From Balanoglossus misakiensis (taxonomy: Eukaryota > Animalia > Hemichordata), in assembly GCA_040954595.2 (NCBI GenBank), contig CM082581.2, positions 9,341,878 through 9,405,877 of the forward strand: 64,000 nt of DNA, given 5' to 3'. The notes beneath the pieces are model-generated. The model saw nothing but the letters and a program-made list of their open reading frames with translations. It searched no databases and was not told the origin of the DNA. The position numbers were made by a program, and so were the translations under genes. The stretch's first letter is position 1; each line of letters begins with the position of its first letter. Shown in pieces: positions 49,522 through 62,835 of this stretch.

Positions 49522-52500
49522 AAAATGAAGACCACATTCCATCAATTCCGCCTCTCACTTTTGAACTCTTTCCCCTTTACTTTCTTCTGCCTTAGTAAAT
49601 TTGGACTATGGGACCGGTGAAACGCCCATAATTGGCGAATTCGAGCGTCATCCTTTTCAGCCTTTCCTGGAATATGCAGGGGCCTATGGTAAGTGAGTTT
49701 GAATTATTATATGTGTATATAAGTGCATTGTCAGTATATTTATGACCTTAAGCTATGTTGCGCGACATAACTCGGCAACTAAAACACTTCGTAAAGGTTT
49801 GCGACGCAAACTGCACGATTCACCGGCTGTTGGCGCTGTGACCAAACAATATTCTCCAACAGACCGCTACAAGCATGCGCCCACGGAATCTTCGTCGTCA
49901 AGCTCTCCCAATCGTGACGTGAACGCCAAACTTATAAAATCATGCCGCTTACAAGCTCTGGAATAACAAATAACCGCCACCCAATTTTCTTCATTTCTGT
50001 CTATATTGCAAAGCAATAATTACATACCCGAATAAACCATCCCCCTAAATTACATGTAAGTTCCTCGATAAACGGAAAGTGCAATACCCCAAACCGCACA
50101 GTTGACATTAATAAGTTTTAGACTTGGGAGCGTGACTGCCTTAGGATAAGATCGATTCCGTGTCAAGTCCGGGTCAGTCCAGCCGATAAAGACATAAATG
50201 TCTCTGTACGTTCGCGCTAATTAGTACACATCAACTGTCTTTTGTGTCAAAAGTGCTTTGATGTGGTTCTATAGAACTCGAGGAATTCCGTTTTTTAATG
50301 GTTCACTGTGTTTCACACACACGTTTTCGCCGTGGTGGGTGTATTGATCGCAATATAAATATTACTCGAAAGACACGGGTTGCGCGCTTGCTGCTGGTTC
50401 CAAGGTCTTGCAATCGATCAGACTCTCTTTCAGTTAACTTTTCAAAACCCATCTCCCTCCCCCTCCCCATCCTTTCCCTCCCCACAAACTCTCCCGTGTA
50501 ATACTACTGCGTACCATACGACACTGTTTCTCGGAGCGCATGCATGTTGAGTTCTTGAGCGACTTTTATCATGACTGTATCTCATAGAACCACGGGCGAG
50601 TAGGTGTGAAGTGAGTCATCTCTATGCCAGATAGTTACCGCGATACTCTTACAAAACACGATCTTTTATCAACAGCTGATTAAATTTCGGGTGCGTTATA
50701 TTTGATTTCCCCAGACATTCTCTCACATCCGTTTATTTCAGTCAGAATGAATTGATGAATACGGAGAGAGACGCTGAACGCAGTCGCAGGCAGTGTCATA
50801 CTATATTCATATTCCGACTTTTCTATCTGCACAATTTTCATTTTAAAAATCTGAAATTCACTATCTACTTGCACAACATAGTAAGTCTTGCTATGTGGTA
50901 GGTGCGGTAGGAGTAAAACGATCACACACCACAAGTTTCGACTGATAAAAAGTTATTTCACGCCAGAAAAAATACCCCAAATCACATAGGTTTCAGTCAA
51001 ATCTAAACATTCCGTGGGTCACTTTGAGACGCACAACTTCTACAACATTGCGATGTCCATGTCGTGTCCACCCGGCGATAGCAAATAACTTATAACAAGC
51101 GCTTGCAAAGCTGTTACAGAGCATTTTGGAAACAAACAGGGGATTCGATGTAGCTGTGTGTACTCAATTACAGAAAACAATCGACCGCTCCTTTGTTCAG
51201 CTCAGAATGTTTACCATTAATCTCATTTAATGTGGGGCGGTGGAGTTGATTTAATCAGGGTCTTATCACACCCGACACTCCATGTGATGGTTCCCCCCTC
51301 ATTGCGCAAGAATATGTAATCCGATGACATAATCGATGTGAATTTCGTTTGCATAAACGTTTGATTGTGACTCGTTTATTCGCGCAAAGTAAGAATTTAT
51401 TGGACTGATTCATGACAATTTAAATGACACAGAGAGATATGTTAGGTCTGATCACGGCAACGGTTTGACGTGATTTCAGAGGAAATGGGGCTTTAACAAC
51501 GAGCGAGACACCTGTTGCTTTCAAGTTACTGAAACCATTCTTTAAGTCTGTATTTGTACATAATCATAATTGTAGAATATTTGTAATATTTGTAATAGCA
51601 TGCCAGCAAATTTAGACTTCATCGTGAGGTTAAAGTTGAAGACAGAGAAAAGCCCATCATTTCAGTAGTGACCTTGCCTCACTTGCCAGTCACCGTCTCA
51701 ACGTCACGTGACCCATGACGTTTAAAAATGTTGGCGTTTTCGCAAAAGGCCAAGGTTCCGCAAACTGAATGGTGGTCGCGGTGCAATCCGTCTGTCGCTG
51801 TCTTTTTGCAGCATGCACGAGGAAAACTGCCAACCGCGTGAACACGGGTCTGGGCGTACATTTCATTCGGTGTTTCCTTCCGCAACGGCCGCGAAGCGCC
51901 TGTGTCCTTCTCCATGTGTGCGCGCGAACACTAATCGCCATCTGCCCTCCCACCCACTCTACGACTGTGTTTATTTGTTTGTACAATAATTAAGCTATCG
52001 GGCATTTATCTGGACGGCTCTAGATAACGGCCGCGATCCCAGCTGTCAATCATCGGGAACTAAAACCGTACAGGTCAGGAGAATTTGCCTGGGTTGTGCA
52101 TACATTTGCCGTATTGCTTAGCTCAAAATAACGAAGTCAGAAAAAGTTTCAGACTATCTCGAAAATTTCAAATGTTCATGACGCAAACTTGAGTAGCGCC
52201 TGAATGAAACCGTATCGATTTCTAAACTTGTAAAATATTTACTATTTGCCCATGAAACGCGAATCGACATTCTTAGGATAAAAACGCAATGCATGTTTCT
52301 TGAACGAAAACGTAATAATATTCAAAACATAAGCATAACACACCGCAAAGTAGATAAAGTTGAAGATCTCCGCTATTCGGTATGTGCTGCTATTTAACTT
52401 ATCGCAATTTCATCATTTTAATGCGCTGAATTAAATACAAACACAAAATGTAACTTTTTTCTTTCAAAACTTACAAAAACACCTGTTTTCTGCTGTTAAT

Positions 52501-53579
52501 TAGCACAAAGAGTATTCATTTTTTGGAGTAAGAACAACACCAATAGGTTCAACAATGAATGACTAATAAGATTACGGATAAAGTAAATTGCTTACACTAA
52601 GAGGGATTTGCGACGAGGCCCGAGCATGTGTCCATTGCGTCACTTTCAATGGGTCGCGGAAACCTTCAAAGGAAAGTGAAATGCATTATCGCCCAGCTAC
52701 TGAAAGGAACATGGCGTCCCCGAGTAAACTTGCTGATCGCTGGGGAGATATCGCGCGCGCAGGTCTGTAAAGTTGATCTGTGGGCGCGTCAGCCTCAAGA
52801 CAGTCAGGGACGTCTTGGCAGAACTGGTCTGCTAAAAAGTGAGCATACACAGGAACACGAGGAACCATTGTCAACACCCTGGTTTTGTTCAAATCTCGGT
52901 CAAACGCCAGTACTCGAATGGTGTCACTGAACTAAAAAAAATCAAGATCATATGACGAAATCAAAGTCTTCGTCGTCACAATATAATACAATTTAAATAT
53001 CCCACTTTTGAAATGTAGATTCAGAGATACATGTAGGCCTATCCCCCGATGACAGCAACGGAGGTTTGAAGATTAACAAATCAAAGTATATGAATTGAAT
53101 TGTAAATTGATTTAAATGAACAATTCACCTCTTCATTGCTGGACTTATGAAAGTAAAAGTTTGTGAGATAATCGAAGTGAAAATGTTCAAATGTCATCAT
53201 GGACAGGACCATAGCCTTAGAAACCGCTGAGACCGCTCACAATAATTCCTTCCGTTTTGTTCCCGAAACTAATTTCTGCATGCTTTTAGCATCACCGTGT
53301 TATTAACTTATGTGCAAGTTATTTATATATCGCACAAGTAAAAGATCAATTTACTTGATGAATTAAAACAAGCGCGCCTCTGATGATTGAAAGAATTATT
53401 CAACTGGGGACATTTGAAAATATATTGTATTATGAGTGTTGAGTTAATCACCTTTGTCACAGCAAAGCCGGATCACTAACTTACTGCCCTTTTTTGCTGA
53501 CACTCGACCATTGTAAACTGTGATCTATACATGACTGTAAATGAGAATATAACGATTTAAACTGAAGTGGAGACAATTC

Positions 53580-53890
53580 CACGCCGCCCTGCGTCGACTT
53601 GGTCAATGCGTAAAATAGAGGGGCGGCCCCGCCTTCTGAAAAGGGGTGTGGCGTCGTATAACTGATAGGTGAACCTGCGCGTTGAATAGCAAACCAAACA
53701 TCCCTCCGCAGTTAAAATACTTGTTATTGCAATGGACATCGTGTAAACGTACTGGGACGCCCTTTGTTACCTAACTAGCATTTCACATTTTTTTCCACGA
53801 CGTTCAAAAAAGTTGTCATATGTCGTGCCGGGAACTGAGCGCTCTTCTGAAACATATGCTTATGCGCTGTTTTTGATGATAACATGGCGG
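53580..53890 (+). promoter_or_regulatory. CpG-rich promoter-like region upstream of the bHLH gene
   Basis: GC boxes ggggcgg/ccccgcc (53620-53633), KLF-like ggggtgtggc (53643-53652) and YY1-like aacatggcgg (53881-53890), 350-650 bp upstream of ATG 54233. Confidence 0.45.
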
Positions 53891-54232
53891 TCTGTGTCAA
53901 CCTCGGTACCAGAAATCATCTATGAGTAGATTTGACCGTCGTGTCCGGCTAATACCACACCGTCGAATTGATTAATTGAGAAGGCGGCGACTGCTGAGTC
54001 AAGTCTGACCGGGAGTAGTGTTCAATTTTACCGGGTAAACGGGGAACGCTGGCCCGGTGTATGTAACCAGCCCACACCGGGACGAATTATCAACCAGACA
54101 CCTGTTGATGACACGCATGTGCACTTGAAGACCGAGCGGCTGGTATTCTACAAGACTGGAAAATCGGACGATTTCTTACTCCGCGTCTGATTATTATAGC
54201 GAAAACACGTGAAAAAAATCCCAAAAACCGCA

Positions 54233-54756
54233 ATGTACCAACAACACAGAAGGCAGAACGCCGCAGGACCGTACACTACCGCCAGGCCCTCGCGTAGTGG
54301 GGCAACCAAAAGCGAGGAACGACCGTCCAAAGTTGACCCAAGGTATTTACCGTTCATGTTGTTCGCTGTTTTCCCTTTGCTGCTTAGACAGACTCGGCAA
54401 ACATTTAATGTGCAATTCTGGAATCTTACACGACAGTTCTAAACGCTTCAAATTTAAGGGAAGGAGAAATAATGGCAGTTTGAACCACCCAGTCAAAGCC
54501 TGGTTGTATCTCACTCGGCATGGCCATTCGTAAGTCAGATTGAGGCGCATCATTCATTCAGACAAAATTGCTGACTGTTTTTTTTCTATTTCTTTCAGTT
54601 TCAAATCAAAACGCTACAGGGATAAACTGAGAGAGCAGATCAAGGCCCTGGAAGCACTTCTGCCCGTCGACAGAACCTCGCTGCATCGGAAACTGGACAG
54701 TCAAACCGTCTTCCGGTTGGTGATCTCGTACTTCAGGACCAAGATCTTCTTCCAAG
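54233..54756 (+). CDS. 5' portion of a divergent AHR-like bHLH(-PAS) transcription factor; continues beyond the window
   Basis: Exons 54233-54342 (phase 2) and 54599-54756 (phase-1 AAG|GTAAGG donor). SKRYRDKLREQIKALEALLPVDRTSLHRKLDSQTVFRLVISYFRTKIFFQ aligns to the AHR bHLH (SKRHRDRLN.ELD.LA.LLP......KLDKLSVLRLSVSYLR.K.FF). No convincing PAS exon was found before 64000. Confidence 0.8.
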
Positions 54757-57700
54757 GTAAGGCCATGCCGCCATCTTTGAAAATATAATCACACGGCGCC
54801 GTCGTTTAATTTGTTCCGTTCTGAACAAAAGTAACGGTAGCTTGTTAGCACACTCGGGAACTGACCGGAAATTGTTAAGTATACATGCAATTATGGCACA
54901 CGTCTCTGGGTGTGAATGTGGCAAGAAATTGTCCGCACACAACCACTGGAGACGCGTTTGAACGATATGCCGCTCCTAAACCCATGATGATAGGTATCAC
55001 CAGTGAAATATAGGGCACTAATTCTGGGATCTATGTTGCTCGGAATTTCGGTAGTTTCGTTAAAAAATATGGACATACTGCGTTTTTCATTACTTTTGAA
55101 TGGTGTTTCATAGTCGACGGGCGAGTGCAACCACTGCCCTGAATCAGAAATCTGAAATACACCACAACCCCATTCCGAACAGGATAGCAGTGCCATAATT
55201 TGACTTCTACTGTATAAACCACAGTTTTCACCAAGATTAATCTATACAACCCACACATCCAAACCAGTGCATTTTTTTGTCTCTGGTGTGGTTCTGATGA
55301 GACGCTCAAAGAGACAAGATAACTGTCAGACAACGAAGGAAAAAAGCCACAATTGTATGAAGTGTGTTGTTGACATGTGTATTTCATCGAGCGACAGATA
55401 CGAGGCAAGGGAGCGGATCAAACCGCAAACTGATTTATTGATAGAGCGGACCATTGATACACTTTATGGACTCACAGTGACTAGTCATTTAGTTACAATC
55501 CAGACATTATTTTTTTTCAAGTCTGTGAACAGGTAAAACAGTGGGTAGGAGAGAACGGGGAAGATTGGATCACTCCCCTTAATTACCCGATTTAAATTAT
55601 CAACTAATAACAAGATGCGATTTTTAACAACTGTGCAGTAACGACATGAATCTCTTCTTTAAATCAAGTGTGCACATTCGATCCTAAGATTTTCAACTGC
55701 TAGCCATTTAAAAAAGCGTTAGCTGTGTTTCTCTCAACCCCCACCCTTCGTGATCATTATTGTTTACTCCGAGAATTTCTCAAATCATGAGTCGAATACA
55801 GACCTAATTTAAACAGGATGGTGTGAGACAGTGGTAAACACTCGCCTCGCTCACCGTGTGTTCTGTTGGCTCCCACTCACAGTCTCCTGCGTTGTTGAAG
55901 TGAAGAGAAGTGATGGGAAGGGGAAATTGCCTTGCGGCATGATATTATTTAGTCAAGCAAGCTTTTATTGAAAGCCGTCAATTAAATTTCCTTTACACCG
56001 ATTTCATAAATCTCAACTTTGGATCGAAAAAACGTTAAAAGTCGGATGTTGTCTCAGAACGCAATAGCAGTAGATTTAATCTAGACGGTGTTTAAACTCT
56101 CCAAACAAAAGACGCGAGCGCTGATCGCTTAATTCTCGATATTAGTGACAAAACATCGAGCGCAGAACAAGTTTGCTTTAGAAAGCGCTTTCAGCCGCAA
56201 AATTAGTATTTTTCAGTGATGATAATTCGTCGTCAAAATGGTTTGCCGGTTCGGGAGGATATGCCCGAAGTCAATTGATTCAGCAGGCTCGGTTTTTTTC
56301 TTTCTGGGCCGGCCACGAACCGGGGCCTCAGTCCCGGAATTGCGTGAGAGTTTATTCTTTAAGCCTGAGCCGTTACTTCGATCGGTGTCAAGAGCTTCGT
56401 TGCTCGGGGCGGGGGAGCTCCGTTTGTGTTTAGCGCTGAACCGCGTAATTATGACAGGGCGGCGTCGCATGCACGCACCAGTCACTCTTACTAGTTTGGT
56501 AATATTGCGCTCGCTTTCTGACTGGCGGGTTGAGTTGTGACGTCACTGAATCACGACAAGAAATCGGAAAATCACTAGAACTTTGGATTCAGGAAAACCC
56601 CCGTCCATCCTATACCTGCTCGTAATTTATGAAGTATAGACGGCCAAGAGAAATACACCCAGAACGAGCTCTTGAGTCTTACTGCATTTACATGTGCAAA
56701 TTTAAAGTCTCGAAATATCTGACATCTGCCAACGAGAGCATTTTGATGTCAAACTTTCATTCAAACCAGATAACGAGACACGGGTTTATTGATGGTTTTA
56801 CTCGAAATTTCTTCTGGCATTTGCCGTCGATGGGGTGGAGAGGAACCCCTTGACTCCGATCTGTCAGGGTTCGCGTTGGAATATTTCCAGTTGCCCTGGT
56901 TAGACTCGGAGCGCGGTTGTAAAAACCACAAGCGAATGGGCGTTATATATCCAAGCATTTACCCTTGTGTGTAAATGTGTAGCTGCGGTAAGACGAGAGA
57001 GCCGCGACAATAGGATTGGAAGCGGGGGTTCCGTTATGAGGACGGATGCACATTCTGAGCAGAATGTTATATGCACGTGGCGATCACAAGCACAGTTTTT
57101 CGTGGCTTCCGTTTTAATTTTGAAATGACTAGCTGGCAATTAATATCGACGGAAGTTGATCTCCGAGAAAATATTCCTTTAAAACATTAATTTGTCCAAA
57201 ACGTTTAAAAAATTATCAAACATATTCGGTGTGTGTGTACATGCTTAGCGGCCGATAAAAGTGATTTAGAAGTTTTGATCAAACTCCGTATACTCCGAGT
57301 CGTAACCGTGAGTGAACCCCTACAAACGGCCTATGTGTCTTTCAGTTGAAATGGCTCAAAAGACTGCCACCATTTCTTTAATGTACCGTGCAATTTCAAA
57401 CTTTCTCATACATCATGAATGTCTCATATAACACACATTTCCATATGCCGATTCTTGTAATTATCGCATGTGTATACACGTGCGAAGCCCTTGCAACTTT
57501 CTACCCACTGTCCAAAAGCAAACATTTCAGCATTTTTTTTCTGTGGCGAATTCGTTTTAAATGATATCCACACTACACACGAAACAGGTCTTTTCTTTGT
57601 CTCTGTTGCATGTTTCGCCCAGCCGGCCCTTTGTGCGGCGACACGCTCCCCGCCCGTTTTCTATAGCTATATATTGTTTTTAGAATGAGAATAATATCGA

Positions 57701-60700
57701 AACGATTACAAATATCGTTGACATTCTTAATAGAAGGAAAAGATTGTCTAAATTGGCGAGGGGTTACCCAGTCCCCGAGACACTCTCGTTGAGTACACGA
57801 TACAGGTTCTAAGTAGTTTGCATTCAGTTTCCCCTTCCCACCAACTTGTTGATTCTGTTACTGAAATATGACATACTGCGATTCTAACTGGAGAACCCGT
57901 GTAATGGACGGCGTCGGAAAACAAAAACTTTCATTTGTCACGCTCGACTTGCTGCCGGGGCGAGCGGGAAATCTGATAGGTATGAAATAAACTCGATGTT
58001 AACATGACAGCAAACGGGCTACCAGCGACCACGCGTTGCGTTTTGAAGTACCGGGCAAGTAACAGCGTAAAGATGAAATCGACAACGCCTGTCCAAACTT
58101 TACTGTTCATTTCGCTGCTACTCTTTTCAACGCATCGCGGCTAGTATAATATTACCCGATTTTCGAATTCTGGCACCGAACAGGCACGTGCGGATCTGTG
58201 AGAAGAAAAATCTTTGATTTGGAAATTATCGAACATGGTTGTAAATGCAGCGAGATATTTTGTAAAATACAACCGATCACTCAAAGTAGAAATAAAACTC
58301 AAGGAGCTCCCCCCAATCATAGAAATGAACACATTTTTTTCAAGAGTAGTATTTAGGCTTCGTCTTCAAGTTTATTACTAAGACTGTTGTACCAACGGCA
58401 CGGTCTGTAACTCGTAACATAGTGAGATTTCTTTGTATCATTCAAGACCCCCAGTAAATATATATCGACTGCGTCAAGTTGTTTATGTGCGAAGACTTGT
58501 CGAAAATGAACTGAAATTATCGACGACGTCCGAAGTATCACGTGAACGTCACGAGAACACGCTAAACCACGACGGAAAAAATCAACGAATTGGTTGTAAA
58601 GGGTAAACTATGATGGCTTTTATTGCTCTGTTACTGTAATCCGTTTATGTTATCAATGCGGTTAAAATTATTTGAACAATTGTCACAGATGTCCCGATAA
58701 TTACCGGGAAACTTGAAACCGCTGAGCTGCGGGCACACATCGTAAATTCTAACTGTTTTGCTGATGGTGGGATAAAGCGAGTCAACTAGCACTATATAAA
58801 ATCCTTAACGATCAAAATCGATGCTTAACGGACCGCGCACGTCGTGAGGTTTAAAATCGAAACAAAATGGCCGTCGCTTCCCTACACCGAACGCTGAACT
58901 GCGAATCCCATATATTCACCAGTATACAACTATATGCACCTATTTCGTTATACGGATATTATTGTATCGTCACCTGGGGTTTGCTTGGCCGTGTTGTCGA
59001 CCCCCGCGCAGCTCCCCCTTTCATCGGCGAAATCAAAGGTGAAAAATAGCCATCATATCGCTGTTTATTATATTCAATATTTTCACGCCAATATGGATTT
59101 CGTTTTGAGAAATTTTGATTTACACCACGTGGAGATCCTCCTCCCATCGAACCGGCTGTCAACGTTTACAATATATTACGAAATACTTCTTGTATGGCCC
59201 GTCCAGGGCACAATAAGCTCGTATGATACGTATAATAAATTGTATTCTTAACGAGTATATGGGTCTTCAAACTGCGCAGGACCACTCCAGTTCTCCTTGG
59301 ACCCAGTAAAAATGTTTGACAAATCTGTCCAACTCTTGTCAGAAAACAAGACAAGTCATGATTCGCGATATCGATGAAATGAGATTTAATTGCACGATTT
59401 TGTACATTAAATTTTGATTGAACACAAACCGAGACATTTTGGTATTTTTCAGAGGCAATTCATTGTGGGTGTATTCACAATTTGTTGTAGTTTTTAGTCC
59501 AAGCTGGAAAACTAATGTTTCATCGTGTACAAACCGACGCACATGTAAAATGACATCTCGAGTCACAAACTACAAACCACTTATTAGAATTTGAATTTAA
59601 TCAGACGTCAAACTCCCGAGCGGCAGTCAATTTACTAGTATGACCCAGGCCAACAATTGGCACTGTGAGAGAGAGAAAGTGTAAAACTTGTTGCCATATC
59701 AAGTATTCACCAATAACAAAATCAGCTTCGCGTCAGTCAACAAACATAGTCCTCCGTTGATATGTTTTCCTTGATGGTAAAAAATAAAACCAAAACCCTC
59801 TTAAACCAGACAATCTTTTTTGAAAAAAAATCCCTCATCAATTATTGTACTGTATTCGTCATCTCGTCACCATAGACAAACATTTTTCTTTAAAATTCAA
59901 ATCGGAAAGAAATTCCAGTTGCGCAGATTTTTATGAGAGTTAATCGTAACCTGTTCTTTTATGGTCATTTTTCAAACTGCATTTAATCAGGTTCCGTTGA
60001 AAAAAACCTGAAGCCCGTGGCTACGTCTCCTAGGGTGGGAATTTCAATAAAACACCCGAGAAAACTTTTGCGAATATTTGGCTTTTTATCGAAAATTGCG
60101 GTACCATTATTATTAGTTTTCTCGCTCTGCAGCTTTTTGTGGCCTCCTAGCCTGACCTCCTTGGCCAGTTCGCTATCTCCCAAGAACACCACTTTACTGA
60201 CAGACTAATGCTCGGTTGTGGCAAAAGTTCCCACTTCAGGTGATAAATATGTCCCAAGTTGTCAACTCGCCGAAGTCGGCCACTGAATGCCCCACTTTGA
60301 TAGTACCTTCACATGTTCAGGGTAATACGCAAGCGCAAGCTTCGTCGATCGCGAAGACGTCATACAGTCAAACCATTCCGTATGGCCCATTTAGCTGTGA
60401 TCACGAGTGGTGCGCATGTCTAGAAAGGCTGTTTTTTAAACCGAAAAATAAAGCAGTTCAGAAAGCTGTAAGTTCGTGAATAGAAATGTCATGCCAATAA
60501 TAAATGTACGGTTCTAATACCGTCTCATTTTACGTGTGCCGAAATATGGCTAGTTTCAGTGCGTGGGCCAGTAAAAATCGACTTCCATTTAAACAATGTG
60601 GAAGTTTCATTGTCCGCTGTACTTTACAGTTGAAAATGCAGCTATATCAGAATTAGCCAGTTTTAATTTTCATCACCAGCAAATTTCATGATTGGCAATT

Positions 60701-62695
60701 TTGTTTAAGAGTACAGCATAATGTAAAGTAGCCATAGCAACAAATCAGGGCGTAGGTTTATTCAATATTGTCACAATAAATAGTAGTTTAAAATAATTTC
60801 ACTTAATTTATAGTCTTAAAATGGTGATTTTTTTCTCGCTAAACATTCTTCTGGCACTTAATCGGGTTAGTGTAACGTACCACCTTTTTTTTTGCTTATC
60901 CCAGTTTACCAATAACGCTCACTTTTAGCTGAACGTATCCCAAAATGCATCGCACAGTTGAACTTTTGTCTGGTGGGGGTTGGAGTGTCTAAATATGGAA
61001 ACCGTGTTGAATCAAAAATAATCTTTTTGCAAATACACACTTTGGCCCAAGTTTCTCTCGTAAGACGGTCTGTTTGTTCTCATAGAACAATTAATCATTC
61101 ACAGAATTGTTTTTCTCAGTCAGCTCTGACAGCTTTGTCCTATGAAATGTCAACAAACTTTCCACCCAGTGAAATATTACAACTCCAGATATGAAACATG
61201 TTTTAATTTTTTTATTTATGAAAAAAAAACAAATCACATCGAATAGTTACTACCTCAGCAGGAAATGTTCCATTTTAATTACCATCTCTGACATAGGTTC
61301 ACAACCCGACCCATCTGAAAATAGTACATGTTGATAGAGATAGTCTAAAGGAAAAATGAATTTTATTTCATGAGAGGACTAAATTAGACTATTCTTCATT
61401 TATTCTTTCGAGTGAGCGATCCTGTGCGAACAAAGGCACAATCGACATCCAGTGTGACGTCATCACTGGTCATGAAATCTGCAATGATTGACACTCGATG
61501 TCCAGCCATGCAATCTGTGTGAGATTGCAGATCTGGCGTTTAATGAGTACAGCGACGCGGATCTTTATTGGGGTCAGTTATGACGGGAAATACGCCTTGA
61601 GAATCGCTGGCCTGGAAATCTGACTGGGATAAGGAATTCTAGAGCGCTTTATTAATTCTGTCAAAAATAATTCCGATATAACTCTGGCCTGTTTGTAGGG
61701 AGTCTGGACCCCATGTTTGTTATCGTCCTAACTTCTACTGAAATGTTGAAACCTCCCGTATTGTCATAAATTTCTTTACATGTTAAATTTTCGTTAAAGT
61801 CTGCATTTCAGAAATTACGCGTCACTCGAATGCATTGATTTCACAAAACTAAATTTCTCCCCGTGCTTTCTGTCCTCGCATCCCTGCCTCAGAAGGAGGA
61901 TACAAGTCCCCCGTTTACCCCGTACACGTAGCTTGCATATAATTTCTCTCCCCGTCCTTTCAGGCTTTGACTTTGTATTATTAGAATTTTGCTAAATTGA
62001 AGTACTGCGGCCTTTAGTGAGTGTACAAAGTGGGCGTGTGGGTCTTGCTCAGTAGTACACATATTTTTGTATCCAGAATATGGAATAGTGTTTTATCGAT
62101 CACCGTCGGTTGGGCATGCGAGGCACCCGCAGCCATGCCCGAAGTGTGTTTGCGAGGCGATCCTCGGCAAAGTCCGAGCAAACAGAACTCATCTGTCGGA
62201 AACTTCACACGTGAGGATACGTTTTACCCACGTACCAAAGCCTCATTAGTTTCTTTGCATGGCATCTTAATATGTTCTGAGGAGGAGGACAGATTAACTG
62301 AAGAGTCGTGATATGGCCGCCAATAGTTTCCCATCAATAATTTGTTTCAGAAAGTCTCTGATTGTTTTTATATCAAAGATAGGTGGAGAGAAAAACACAG
62401 TATAACGAGATTAGTGACAGCTGCGTCAGATATGAGCGAAACCTCAATGACAGTTCACATGTAACATTGCGTAAACAGACTGGACTATGTTCATTTCATT
62501 GTCTTCAACGGACTATTCCATTACATAATTATGTATACCTCTTTTGCCAGTTCGTATCCGTTTGGATTCATTTCAATCAGTGCTGATCCTGTTAGCCAGA
62601 GGAGATCTGTTTTCCAGATCAGCATTGTCTTTCATCTCTCACATATACTAAGTATCCTGTATACACCAACAGAGCACATGGATAGGTGAACTAAT

Positions 62696-62835
62696 CGCTC
62701 GCTCGCTCCGGCGATCGATCGATCGATCGATCAGTCAGTCAGTCAGTCAGTCGACCGATCGTCAGTTTGGCAAGTAAAATACTGATGTATGGTGTGATAT
62801 GATATGATATATGATGCGAAGCGAAGCGAGGCGAT
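62696..62835. repeat. Compound microsatellite: (CGCT)n, (GATC)5, (AGTC)5, then (GATAT)n, (GCGAA)n
   Basis: Abutting short tandem arrays visible directly in the presumed second intron of the bHLH gene. Confidence 0.8.

Noticed and set aside
49135-49545. 136-aa minus-strand ORF with THSL repeats and a hydrophobic stretch
   Set aside because: The repeat part is the (GTGA)n microsatellite and the rest has no recognisable homology.
61964-61995. Good acceptor (tttcag at 61963) as a candidate next bHLH-PAS exon
   Set aside because: In the required phase it reads GFDFVLLEFC then TAA, with no PAS similarity.
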